Below, piece by piece: positions 1 through 9,045 of a stretch of DNA of 46,394 nt. The first letter of the stretch is position 1, and each line of letters opens with the position of its first letter. A program made the position numbers and the translations under genes. The notes beneath the pieces are model-generated. The model searched no databases and had not been told where the DNA came from. It saw only the letters and a list, made by a program, of their open reading frames with translations. Source of the stretch: Berkelbacteria bacterium GW2011_GWA2_35_9 (GTDB lineage: Bacteria > Patescibacteriota > UBA1384 > GWA2-35-9); the NCBI GenBank assembly GCA_000991185.1, contig LBRB01000002.1, positions 1 through 46,394 of the forward strand. Reading direction: 5' to 3'.

Positions 1-38
1 AATGATAGGGTAATAGATTAACTTAGAAAGGAGTGTCT

Positions 39-1034
39 ATGAAAGGATCGATTGGTGTTTCTACACATTTGAGATATATCTTGCCCCATCAAGATCGTTT
101 AGCAAAAATAGTCAAACTTTCTCCAGAAGGCAGTAAACGATTAAAGTGGATTGATTATTATCAAAAATGTAATAATGTTTCTTTAACCTGTCGTCATTTT
201 GGCATATCTCGAAGTTTGTTTTACAAATGGTTCAATCGTTTTAAACATCTGGGTCTTAGAGGATTGAATAATCAATCAACCAAACCAAACGCTGTCAGAC
301 TAAGAGAGATAGTTTGGAATGTTAGAAATAGAATAGAAACTTTGCGCAGAGATAATCCAGCTTGGAGTAAATATAAAATATCTTATCTACTCAAACGAGA
401 TGAAGGAATCATTATCTCGCCTTCATCAGTCAATCGTATCTTTCATGATAGGAATCTTTTTTGGTCTTCTCCTATATCCAAATCTGTTCGAGCAACCAAG
501 AGAAATTGGAAGATAAGGAGGATTAGAGCGCCTAAAGAACTTCGAGGATCAGCTCCTGGTTCGTTGGTTGAGATAGATGTTAAAGTGTTAAACAACCTTG
601 GTGCAACCAACTATCAATTCACCGCCATTGATACCTGTGTAAAGATGAAATACATCGAGATCTTTTCAACTAAAAGCGCTGTCTGTGGGCAGAGGTTTGT
701 TGAACATATGTTAAATCACTTTCCCTTTCGGGTTAGACATATCAATTCCGATAACGGTGGAGAGTTCCTATCTGAATGTCATGCTTACTTAGAAATGAGA
801 AAGATAACTCATTACTTCAGCCGAGCCAGAACGCCCAAAGACAACCCAATGGTAGAGAACACCATTAAAGCCGATGAGTATGAATTCTGGGTCTGGGGTA
901 ATCTAGCTACAACTGTTCAGGAGCTTAACAAAAAAGCCAAATTATGGATGGAGAAGTTCAATACCTACCGTCCCCATCAAGCACTTAATTATTTGACACC
1001 TATGGAGTATTATGAGAAAACATTATCAAGATAA
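39..1034 (+). mobile_element. IS481-family transposase (HTH + rve integrase core); left end of the IS is outside the window
   Basis: N-terminal HTH (NVSLTCRHFGISRSLFYKW), DDE core motifs VEIDVK, INSDNGGEF, PKDNPMVE, FNTYRPHQAL. ATG at 39 follows an AAGGAG RBS. Confidence 0.9.
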
Positions 1035-1037
1035 AAA

Positions 1038-1064
1038 GTGTCCTCGATGTATTGGACCAGTGCA
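1038..1064. repeat. Probable right terminal inverted repeat of the IS481-like element
   Basis: GTGTCCTCGATGTATTGGACCAGTGCA directly after the transposase stop, ending in CA. The partner IR is not in the window. Confidence 0.55.
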
Positions 1065-1069
1065 GGGTA

Positions 1070-1098
1070 TTGCTTTTTTCTCAAAAGTATGCTATGAT
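1070..1098 (+). promoter_or_regulatory. sigma70 promoter of the helicase-typA operon
   Basis: TTGCTT-17bp-TATGAT with extended TG. Confidence 0.65.
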
Positions 1099-1104
1099 TT
1101 TAAA

Positions 1105-1281
1105 GTTGTGTTAATCTAATAGTCCATAGGACTATTTTCCATCCACAGGATGGTATAGAATGAAGGTTCTCGAGTGTCGATTCTTGCATCTTCGTTCCAC
1201 CCACTAGTTGGGAACAAAGATTAAAGAGCGACATTTTTTAATATTAATAATCAATCGTTTGATTGATTGTCAGGATTTATT
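1105..1281 (+). promoter_or_regulatory. Long structured 5' leader / candidate attenuator
   Basis: Hairpins at 1118-1136, 1139-1153 and 1249-1268; long irregular stem 1175-1233 followed by T6. Confidence 0.5.
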
Positions 1282-2484
1282 TTGGCTTACAAGAGCTACA
1301 AAAAGAATTATTCTAGAGGTTTTAGTAATCAAACTCGATATCAAAACAATCGTGGGAGACGAAATTTTGTCAACCCGGGTTTAAAAATTGATATTAATCG
1401 ATTTATTAATCGTGCTCAAAACCTCGTATCTGAAGATACATATCAGTCAAAACATAAATTTAGTGATTTTGAAATCAACCCTATTCTTAAACAAAATATT
1501 TTATCAAAAAATTATGACTCCCCCACTCCAATTCAAGATCAAATTATTCCTTATGTATTACAACATCGAGATGTGATTGGTATTGCTAACACCGGCACTG
1601 GGAAAACTGCCGCTTTTCTAATTCCGTTGATAAATAAAATAATTCTCAATAAACAAGAAAAGATAATTATTATGGTTCCAACTCGTGAATTAGCTTTGCA
1701 AATTCAATCGGAATTATATTCATTTGGACGCAATCTCAATCTTAAAAGCGTTCTCTGTATTGGTGGCGCCAATATTAATTTACAAATTCGAGATTTACGC
1801 AGTAATCCAAATTTTATTATTGGAACCCCTGGTCGTCTGAAAGATTTGATTAAAAGAAAAGTTCTTTATTTAGGCAATGTAAATAATGTTGTTTTAGATG
1901 AAGCCGACAGAATGTTAGATATGGGTTTTATCCATGATATGAAAGAAATTTTATCATTGATGCCAACCCCAAGACAAACGCTTTTATTTTCAGCCACACT
2001 TTCATCTCAAATTGAACAAATTACGAAACAATTTTTAAGCAATCCCGTCAAAGTTTCAGTCAAAATTCGAGAAACCTTAGCTCATGTTGATCAAAATATT
2101 GTTAAGGTAACTGATCGCAACCATAAAATTGAAGCATTACATGATTTACTTAATCAACCTGAATTTGAAAAAGTATTAGTTTTTGGTGAAACAAAATATG
2201 GTGTTGAAAAACTTTCAAACGAACTCAAAGATCGTGGTTTTAAATCAACTGCTATTCATGGTAACAAAAGACAAGCCGCCAGACAGAAAGCCTTGAATCA
2301 ATTTAAAAGAAATGAAGTAAAAATTTTAGTTGCAACTGATGTCGCCGCTCGTGGATTAGATATCCCCCATGTAAGCCATGTCATTAATTTTGATGTTCCA
2401 GCTAGTTATGAAGATTATATCCATAGAATTGGCAGAACTGGACGGGCAGGTAATCCCGGGAAAGCATTAACATTCGTAAGTTAA
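1282..2484 (+). CDS. DEAD-box RNA helicase (RhlE/CshA-like)
   Basis: Q motif PTPIQ, GTGKT, PTRELA, TPGR, DEAD, SAT, ARGLD, HRIGRTGR. TTG at 1282 follows AGGA (ORF track starts at 1267). Confidence 0.95.
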   Translation: MAYKSYKKNYSRGFSNQTRYQNNRGRRNFVNPGLKIDINRFINRAQNLVSEDTYQSKHKFSDFEINPILKQNILSKNYDSPTPIQDQIIPYVLQHRDVIGIANTGTGKTAAFLIPLINKIILNKQEKIIIMVPTRELALQIQSELYSFGRNLNLKSVLCIGGANINLQIRDLRSNPNFIIGTPGRLKDLIKRKVLYLGNVNNVVLDEADRMLDMGFIHDMKEILSLMPTPRQTLLFSATLSSQIEQITKQFLSNPVKVSVKIRETLAHVDQNIVKVTDRNHKIEALHDLLNQPEFEKVLVFGETKYGVEKLSNELKDRGFKSTAIHGNKRQAARQKALNQFKRNEVKILVATDVAARGLDIPHVSHVINFDVPASYEDYIHRIGRTGRAGNPGKALTFVS

Positions 2485-2493
2485 ATATAAATT

Positions 2494-4278
2494 ATGGAAA
2501 TAAGAAATATTGCAATTATTGCTCATGTTGATCACGGTAAAACTACCTTAACTGATGCTATTATGCGTCAAACTGGAATGGTTGGTGAAAATAGTGAAAG
2601 CATGGATTCAAATGTGCTCGAAAAAGAACGAGGGATTACAATTTATTCAAAAAACACCTCTGTTATTTATCGTGATACCAAAATAAATATAGTTGACACG
2701 CCTGGTCATTCTGACTTTGGTAGTGAGGTCGAAAGAGTCTTGCGTTCAATTGACTCCGTTTTGTTAGTTGTAGATGCACAAGAAGGTCCGATGCCACAAA
2801 CACGATTTGTGTTAAAAAAATCATTAGAACTTGGTTTGCACCCAATAGTTGTGATTAATAAAATTGATAAACCAGCCGCTAATTCTGACTTAACTTATGA
2901 AAAAGTTTTTGAACTTTTTTACGATCTTGGTGCAACCGACGAGCAGCTCGATTTTTCAGTCGTTTACGCAATCGGTAAACTTGGAATTGCTAAAACAAAT
3001 CTAGACGATAATTCAACTGATCTCACTCCTTTACTAGATATAATTTTATTAAAAGTTCATCCAGCCAAAGCTGATTGTTCGGCTCAATTATTATTTCAAC
3101 CTTTTAATCTTGGCTACGATAATTACTTAGGAAGATTGGCAATCGGTCGAGTTTATCAAGGTAATCTCAAAACTGGTTCTCGAGTTATTCTTAAACAAGA
3201 AAATACCCCTGACCAAACTGGTACTATTACAAAAATTTATACTTTTTCTGGCATTCAAAAAAAAGAGATTGAAACCGCTGTTGCGGGAGATATTGTAATG
3301 ATCGCTGGTTTCCCAAATATAAATATTGGAGATACACTGTGTGATAATGAAAATCAAGAACCCCTACCAGCAATTACAATTGACGAACCGACAGTTTCTC
3401 TTCAATTTTTAGTCAATACTTCCCCGTTTGGAGGTAAAGAGGGTAAATTTGTAACTAGTACCCAACTTAGAGATCGGCTCAAAAAAGAACTTGAAATTAA
3501 TGTTGGTCTAAAAATTGATTTTGATTCTGATCGTTTTATGGTTTACGGAAGAGGAGAACTACATATTGCAATTTTACTAGAAAATTTGCGACGTGAAGAT
3601 TATGAACTTCAAGTTTCTCAACCACATGTAATTTACAAAAATATTGACGGGATAAAGAATGAACCTTTTGAAGAAGTAACGATTGATGTACCGCAAATAA
3701 TGTCTGGTGTAATTATTGATAAATTATCGAAACGAAAAGGAAAAATGACAGAGATTTCTAATGAAGGAAGCCAAACTAGAATGATATTTGAAATTCCAAC
3801 TCGTGGGTTTCTAGGATATCGAAATGAATTTATTATTGATACTAAAGGCGAAGGAATTATTTGTGCTAGAATGATCGGTTTCAAACCTTATGTCGGAGAG
3901 ATTGTTAAAAGTAATTTTGGCTCAATGATTTCTATGTCAAATGGCAAAGCACTTGGATATTCATTAGCAAATTTGGAGCCTCGTGGTAGTCTCTATATTG
4001 AACCAGGAACAGAAATTTATGAAGGAATGGTAATTGGTAATGTGACAAAAGGCAACGATCTAGTTGTCAATGCTATCAAAGGCAAACATTTAACCAATAT
4101 GCGTTCATCAGGAAATGATGATGCGATCATTCTTACTCCTCCAATCAAGGTTACGATCGAAAGAGGTTTAGAACTAGTCAAAAATGATGAGTATCTTGAA
4201 GTAACCCCAAAAAGTATTCGTCTACGGAAAATTTATCTCAACGAAAACGAACGCAAAAAATCTAACAACAATCGTTAA
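2494..4278 (+). CDS. typA: Translational GTPase TypA/BipA
   Basis: [34 protein letters not shown]-terminal [11 protein letters not shown]. Confidence 0.97.
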   Translation: MEIRNIAIIAHVDHGKTTLTDAIMRQTGMVGENSESMDSNVLEKERGITIYSKNTSVIYRDTKINIVDTPGHSDFGSEVERVLRSIDSVLLVVDAQEGPMPQTRFVLKKSLELGLHPIVVINKIDKPAANSDLTYEKVFELFYDLGATDEQLDFSVVYAIGKLGIAKTNLDDNSTDLTPLLDIILLKVHPAKADCSAQLLFQPFNLGYDNYLGRLAIGRVYQGNLKTGSRVILKQENTPDQTGTITKIYTFSGIQKKEIETAVAGDIVMIAGFPNINIGDTLCDNENQEPLPAITIDEPTVSLQFLVNTSPFGGKEGKFVTSTQLRDRLKKELEINVGLKIDFDSDRFMVYGRGELHIAILLENLRREDYELQVSQPHVIYKNIDGIKNEPFEEVTIDVPQIMSGVIIDKLSKRKGKMTEISNEGSQTRMIFEIPTRGFLGYRNEFIIDTKGEGIICARMIGFKPYVGEIVKSNFGSMISMSNGKALGYSLANLEPRGSLYIEPGTEIYEGMVIGNVTKGNDLVVNAIKGKHLTNMRSSGNDDAIILTPPIKVTIERGLELVKNDEYLEVTPKSIRLRKIYLNENERKKSNNNR

Positions 4279-4317
4279 TACAACCATTGCACACATCGTA
4301 GGTGTGCAATGGTTGTA
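4279..4317. repeat. REP-like perfect palindrome (16-bp arms, loop ATCGTAG)
   Basis: TACAACCATTGCACAC-ATCGTAG-GTGTGCAATGGTTGTA; 17-bp core shared, inverted, with 13005-13039. Confidence 0.75.
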
Positions 4318-4323
4318 CAGAAG

Positions 4324-4351
4324 AAATCCCCCTTTTTTTCAAGGGGGATTT
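4324..4351. terminator. Hairpin between convergent genes, probable terminator
   Basis: AAATCCCCCTT...AAGGGGGATTT. Confidence 0.6.
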
Positions 4352-4357
4352 AATAAT

Positions 4358-5737
4358 TTAGTTTTGTTTTAGTAAATATTTTATTACATCACTAACCGAA
4401 TAGCTGTCTTCGGCATTATTCATCAAATGTTTTAAAAAACTTAGATCATCGCCAAGCGTAATAATCGCATGTCGACCGTCGTCGCCTTTTCCAACAGTTT
4501 TCAATAGTCCATTACATAGACAACGCTTATCTTGAGTATCTTCAATTTTTCCACCTTTTTTTAGATAAACAGATAAAGGTTCAGCTGGACAGCGTGAATT
4601 GATGTTTCCGTCTTGATCACGATAATACGTAACCAAATATCCTTTATCGCACTTTCTTGTATCGTTTTCAAAAACACATCGTTCAGATAGAGTATTTATC
4701 ACTTCGGCAACTTTAAAAGGATAACCTGTTGGCGAAAAATCAGATGTTATAATAGTTTGAATATTGTTGTAACCATTTCGAAGTAATATTTTTTTTAGGT
4801 TTTGATCAATTTCAGATTCATTGCAAAGTGCAAATATCGATCCAATCTGCACTCCAGATGCGCCAAGCGAAATTGCATAAGCAATTTTTTCTGGTGATGC
4901 AAACCCTCCGGCTAACCAATAAGGAATATCTAAATCATTCAACTTTTCAAAATTAACGATATCTTTTTCGCCATAAATGAATTCGCCACCCTTATAACCT
5001 CTCGGGGGAGCATTATGTCCACCAGCACAAGGCAATTCAACCACAAACCCAAAAGGCTTCTCTTTAAAAGTTCTAACTAGAATATTAGCTAATAGGTTAG
5101 ATGAAATAATTGGCAAAAATTTAGGATAAAATAGATCAGATAATTGACCACCAAAATATTCTTTTGGATTAAATCTTAACCAATATTTATCTTTACTACC
5201 TTGAATATTTATATTGTATTTTACTTCTTCTCCTTCAATAATTGATCTGATTAATTCTGGAATCTGGTCAGGAATTCCTGCTCCCATAGTAATACAATCA
5301 ATTCCAGCTAATATTGCCCCAATGAGCGAATATATTAATGGCACCTGAATTTTTTCTAAATAATTAATACTAACTGGATTACTATGCCCCTGTTTTGCTA
5401 ACCAAACAACAGCATAATTTCCACAAATAGTTAAATCAACAAAATCAGTTGAAGGATTTAAACTTAATTTTGGAACTTTTTTATGATCAGAAGTTCCTTT
5501 TTCGCAATACCATTTCCTAATCACTCTTTCCGAGATCTCTGGAAATGGAAAATTATTTAACGCTCGTAAAAAATGTCCACCCGGATCTCCATTTTGGAGG
5601 TACCAAGCTAATATCCGATCGAGCGCAATACCGGAAATTGTTCCCATACATTGTTCATGTATAGAAACCGCTTGCGCCAGTTTATAACCACTAACCCAAG
5701 CGCCCATTCCGCCTTGAATAATCAATGGTTGCTTCAT
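4358..5737 (-). CDS. Nitronate monooxygenase / FabK-like FMN oxidoreductase family protein with Cys-rich C-terminus
   Basis: IIQGGMG, MGAGIP, AGGHNAPPRG, WLAGG, GVQIGSIF, CDKGYL, RCPAEP, CLCNGL. ATG 5737 follows GGAGG. Confidence 0.85.
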   Translation of the reverse strand: MKQPLIIQGGMGAWVSGYKLAQAVSIHEQCMGTISGIALDRILAWYLQNGDPGGHFLRALNNFPFPEISERVIRKWYCEKGTSDHKKVPKLSLNPSTDFVDLTICGNYAVVWLAKQGHSNPVSINYLEKIQVPLIYSLIGAILAGIDCITMGAGIPDQIPELIRSIIEGEEVKYNINIQGSKDKYWLRFNPKEYFGGQLSDLFYPKFLPIISSNLLANILVRTFKEKPFGFVVELPCAGGHNAPPRGYKGGEFIYGEKDIVNFEKLNDLDIPYWLAGGFASPEKIAYAISLGASGVQIGSIFALCNESEIDQNLKKILLRNGYNNIQTIITSDFSPTGYPFKVAEVINTLSERCVFENDTRKCDKGYLVTYYRDQDGNINSRCPAEPLSVYLKKGGKIEDTQDKRCLCNGLLKTVGKGDDGRHAIITLGDDLSFLKHLMNNAEDSYSVSDVIKYLLKQN

Positions 5738-5843
5738 ACCTCTCACCTCCTCTTAGATCCAGATTTGTCCCTATTATCAATGAACAACTATATTTAATAG
5801 TACATTAGGTACTAAATATTATCAATCATATATAAAGAAAGTA

Positions 5844-6134
5844 TCAATAGCCTCTATCCCCTTTCCTATATTTAGGTTTAAAGATCTTTTTGTTTTCTAA
5901 AAACAAATTGTTAATAACATTTGCAATTGCAACTCCTATTCGAGTTGAAGTATAGCCACCTGGTCCGGTGTTTACTTCAACTTTTTTTATACTCTTTTTA
6001 TCTTCATCAAACTTTGACTTTTTAAAAAGTTTTAAATACTGATCGGTTTTATCATTATTAAAATATTTATAACTTTTACTATTTTTTTCAACTATCAGTT
6101 TATTATTCTCAGTTGTATCAATCAATAATTTCAT
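5844..6134 (-). CDS. tsaB: Short TsaB-like protein (N-terminal half only)
   Basis: LLIDT start and VNTGPGGYTSTRIGVAIAN motif; follows tsaE. Confidence 0.8.
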   Translation of the reverse strand: MKLLIDTTENNKLIVEKNSKSYKYFNNDKTDQYLKLFKKSKFDEDKKSIKKVEVNTGPGGYTSTRIGVAIANVINNLFLENKKIFKPKYRKGDRGY

Positions 6135-6537
6135 AGTTAATCTTTCTCATATTTATATTTTTCTCATTATATTGAATATTAATCATAAGACTTCCTTTTG
6201 GCATATTAATTTTATCAGCCCACTCAACCAATACAATATTTTTTGCTTGATTCTCAATAATTTCTTTAATCACTATATCAGAATTATTTGACAACCGATA
6301 AGCATCAATATGTACTAAATTGCAATTTAATTGTGTTCGATACTTTTTATAAATTACAAAAGTTGGCGAAGTTACTGTTTCTTTCACTCCTAAATTCTTG
6401 GCTATCTGTTTAATAATAGTTGTCTTGCCAGCCCCTAGTTCACCCACAAAACCAACCACGACACCAGGTTGGAATTTTTTTGATATTATGTCCGTAAATT
6501 TTAGACTTTGATTAATGTTTTTAATATTAATTTCCAT
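6118..6537 (-). CDS. tsaE: tRNA t6A biosynthesis ATPase TsaE
   Basis: GELGAGKTT, VTSPTF, HIDAYRL, VEWA. Confidence 0.95.
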   Translation of the reverse strand: MEINIKNINQSLKFTDIISKKFQPGVVVGFVGELGAGKTTIIKQIAKNLGVKETVTSPTFVIYKKYRTQLNCNLVHIDAYRLSNNSDIVIKEIIENQAKNIVLVEWADKINMPKGSLMINIQYNEKNINMRKINYEIID

Positions 6538-8324
6538 AATGTTGATAAGCCAAATATTGATAAAACTAATATATTATTATAACTATTTTTGCTCTCTTTA
6601 TCAATATTTTTCACGCCTTTAATTTCCACATCAGTTTTTTGATATTTTTCAATCAATTGATTATTTTTGTACTCAGATTTTGCAACTGAAATATTTTGAT
6701 TATTATTGCTATCTAAACTTATTATTGCGTCACTAACATTATTGAGATCTGAAATATTTTGATCGATCTCTTCTTCCCATATATATTGATTATTTTGATA
6801 AAAATATCTTAACCCCTCTCTGGCTTTTTCGTATTCTAATTTTGAAAGTATTTCATTATCATAATTAAACAATGTTAAACTTTCAAAACCCGAATTATTT
6901 AAATTTATTTTTGTCTCGTTGTATTTAAGAACAATTTTTTCTTTATTATTAATAATTTTATTTTGAAAAGTAAATTTTTTACCACTTTTATCTTTTAAGT
7001 AATAATTATTTAAATCAACCGACTGTTGGGATAAATTCTCAATGGTAATCTCTTCTTCCTCACCTGTTTTGGGATCTGGCAAAATAGAACTAATAATTAT
7101 ATTGGAAAGATTTTTGTATTGACATTTTAAATAATCATTTTTTTGACACAAAACTTCACCATCCCCACTATTCTTAAAAATAATTTTTAATATTTCAGTT
7201 AGGTTTGGATCAAGAATTCTAACCTCATCGCCCGAATCATTTAATATTATTTTATTATTTAATAATAATTGATAATTTTTTTTAGGTAAGATTGTAAGAT
7301 TATTTAATTGATATGGTTGGCTACCTCCATCTTTATCGTCGATATAATAATTTTCAAGGTCAATTATTTCATTTGAATTATTAAACAATTTTACATATTC
7401 ATTTTCATCATTATTTGGATTGGCTAAAATTTCTTTTATTTCTAAATTATCAAATTTTTTGAAAAAACAAATTCTATTTTCAATTAATTTTTCAATATTA
7501 TATTGATCGGTAATTGAGAATAATAAATTATCACAACTAGTCTTATTATAATTGAAACTAAAATTGATAATATCATCTTGAGTTTTTTGAGCTGATATTT
7601 CTTGATTTGAATAATTTAATTTAACTTCAAGATCTCGTTGATCATTATCAACAAATATATTTTCAAATTGAAAAATATAATCCTTATTAATTTCATAATT
7701 GACTTGATTATTTAACAATTTAATTTCTGGTATAAATATATTTTTTGCTTTAGGGGTGCCAAAATTATTATCGCAATTTTCTAAATTAATACAGACATAA
7801 CTAGACTGAAAAGATTCACTATTTAATCCATCTTTAATACCGATTCTCTGCATTGACCGGTATGGTTCAGTTGAACCAAAAAATGGGTCGTTATTATCAC
7901 CGATTGAGTCAATTTCTTCTAAATTGTCTAAATTATTTTTTAGTAATCTGATATACAATTCTGAGTTTGAAAGTGATAACGATGATGAAGTAAAATCTGG
8001 GTCAATATTTAATACTGATTGACCGTTTTTAAAGCTATAATCTTTATCATTATTCGCTACTAAAAAATAATCTTGACTTTTAATAACTCCCGAAAGAGCT
8101 ATGTATTTTTCTCCAGATGAAGTCAATAATGAAATTTGATATTCAGAAAGATCAATATCGTTATTTGAATTATTATACAATTCGAGCCATTCATCAGCAC
8201 TAGATGAGGTTGAGCCTGCCCAATTCACTTCCGAGATAAAGAGATCTTTTTCTTGTGCATTCGCAAACTTAAAACTACATAATAAAGTTAGTACTAAAAA
8301 AAATAAACTCCAAGTATGATTAAT
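6501..8324 (-). CDS. Secreted/anchored multi-lamin-tail-domain protein; start uncertain, probably non-canonical upstream of GTG 8228
   Basis: Three LTD-like repeats (ISEVNWAG..DEWLELYN, IKEILANP..EYVKLFN, ISSILPDP..EEITIEN). The frame stays open upstream through a signal-peptide-like stretch. Confidence 0.75.
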   Translation of the reverse strand: MNHTWSLFFLVLTLLCSFKFANAQEKDLFISEVNWAGSTSSSADEWLELYNNSNNDIDLSEYQISLLTSSGEKYIALSGVIKSQDYFLVANNDKDYSFKNGQSVLNIDPDFTSSSLSLSNSELYIRLLKNNLDNLEEIDSIGDNNDPFFGSTEPYRSMQRIGIKDGLNSESFQSSYVCINLENCDNNFGTPKAKNIFIPEIKLLNNQVNYEINKDYIFQFENIFVDNDQRDLEVKLNYSNQEISAQKTQDDIINFSFNYNKTSCDNLLFSITDQYNIEKLIENRICFFKKFDNLEIKEILANPNNDENEYVKLFNNSNEIIDLENYYIDDKDGGSQPYQLNNLTILPKKNYQLLLNNKIILNDSGDEVRILDPNLTEILKIIFKNSGDGEVLCQKNDYLKCQYKNLSNIIISSILPDPKTGEEEEITIENLSQQSVDLNNYYLKDKSGKKFTFQNKIINNKEKIVLKYNETKINLNNSGFESLTLFNYDNEILSKLEYEKAREGLRYFYQNNQYIWEEEIDQNISDLNNVSDAIISLDSNNNQNISVAKSEYKNNQLIEKYQKTDVEIKGVKNIDKESKNSYNNILVLSIFGLSTLWKLILKTLIKV

Positions 8325-8841
8325 CTTGTGTATGAATATTTCTTAATTCCATTATTTTTGAAGCGATTTTTTGTGGATTTGGCATCCCTTTAATTATTGT
8401 CAACTCTTTCGTCCCAGCTGTTTGAATAATAATATTACCAAAATTAAAAAATGTTGGAATAAAACCAGTTACATGAGCATTGATATCTTCGATTTGTTCT
8501 AAATTAAATAATAATATTTTTCTTGAAAACATTCCTGATTGATCAATTGAAATTACATTATTTTTTGTAACCAAAAGAAGGTCATAATAATACGAAATCA
8601 ACTCGGATGTAAAAACCAACAAATAGATCATGTAGTAACAACTGGCTGAAAGAAGTAGAATGTTAATATTTGGATATTTGAAAATAGGAATTTCCAAAGA
8701 AAAAGCAATGATTACAATTATTATTGGTAAAATTGATAGAATTACAAAGACAATTATACTCGGTAAAATTGAAAGAATGTGCCTTCGACTTTTAATAATA
8801 ATCGATTCATCGTAAGCAATATTTTCAAATGTTGTAATCAT
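8320..8841 (-). CDS. Membrane protein with bacterial PH (bPH_2-like) domain
   Basis: Two TM helices, then LVTKNNVI..QSGMFSR..IEDI..FNFGNIIIQTAG. Confidence 0.75.
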   Translation of the reverse strand: MITTFENIAYDESIIIKSRRHILSILPSIIVFVILSILPIIIVIIAFSLEIPIFKYPNINILLLSASCYYMIYLLVFTSELISYYYDLLLVTKNNVISIDQSGMFSRKILLFNLEQIEDINAHVTGFIPTFFNFGNIIIQTAGTKELTIIKGMPNPQKIASKIMELRNIHTQD

Positions 8842-8844
8842 AAT

Positions 8845-9045
8845 TTACCAATCTAGCAATAATATTCCTAACACCGATAAAGTTGTTATGACCGTTGCGA
8901 CACTCACAACCACCCGGATAATAATCGGCGATGAATCGCCCTTGATGCTTTTCTTCCAAATATAATTAATGTAATAAACTAAAATCAAATAAAAAACAAT
9001 TAAAAATAAAAAATATATTCCTAGAATTAATCTTAAATAATTCAT
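8845..9045 (-). CDS. Small two-TM membrane protein
   Basis: Hydrophobic ORF, ATGA-coupled to ruvB. Confidence 0.65.
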   Translation of the reverse strand: MNYLRLILGIYFLFLIVFYLILVYYINYIWKKSIKGDSSPIIIRVVVSVATVITTLSVLGILLLDW

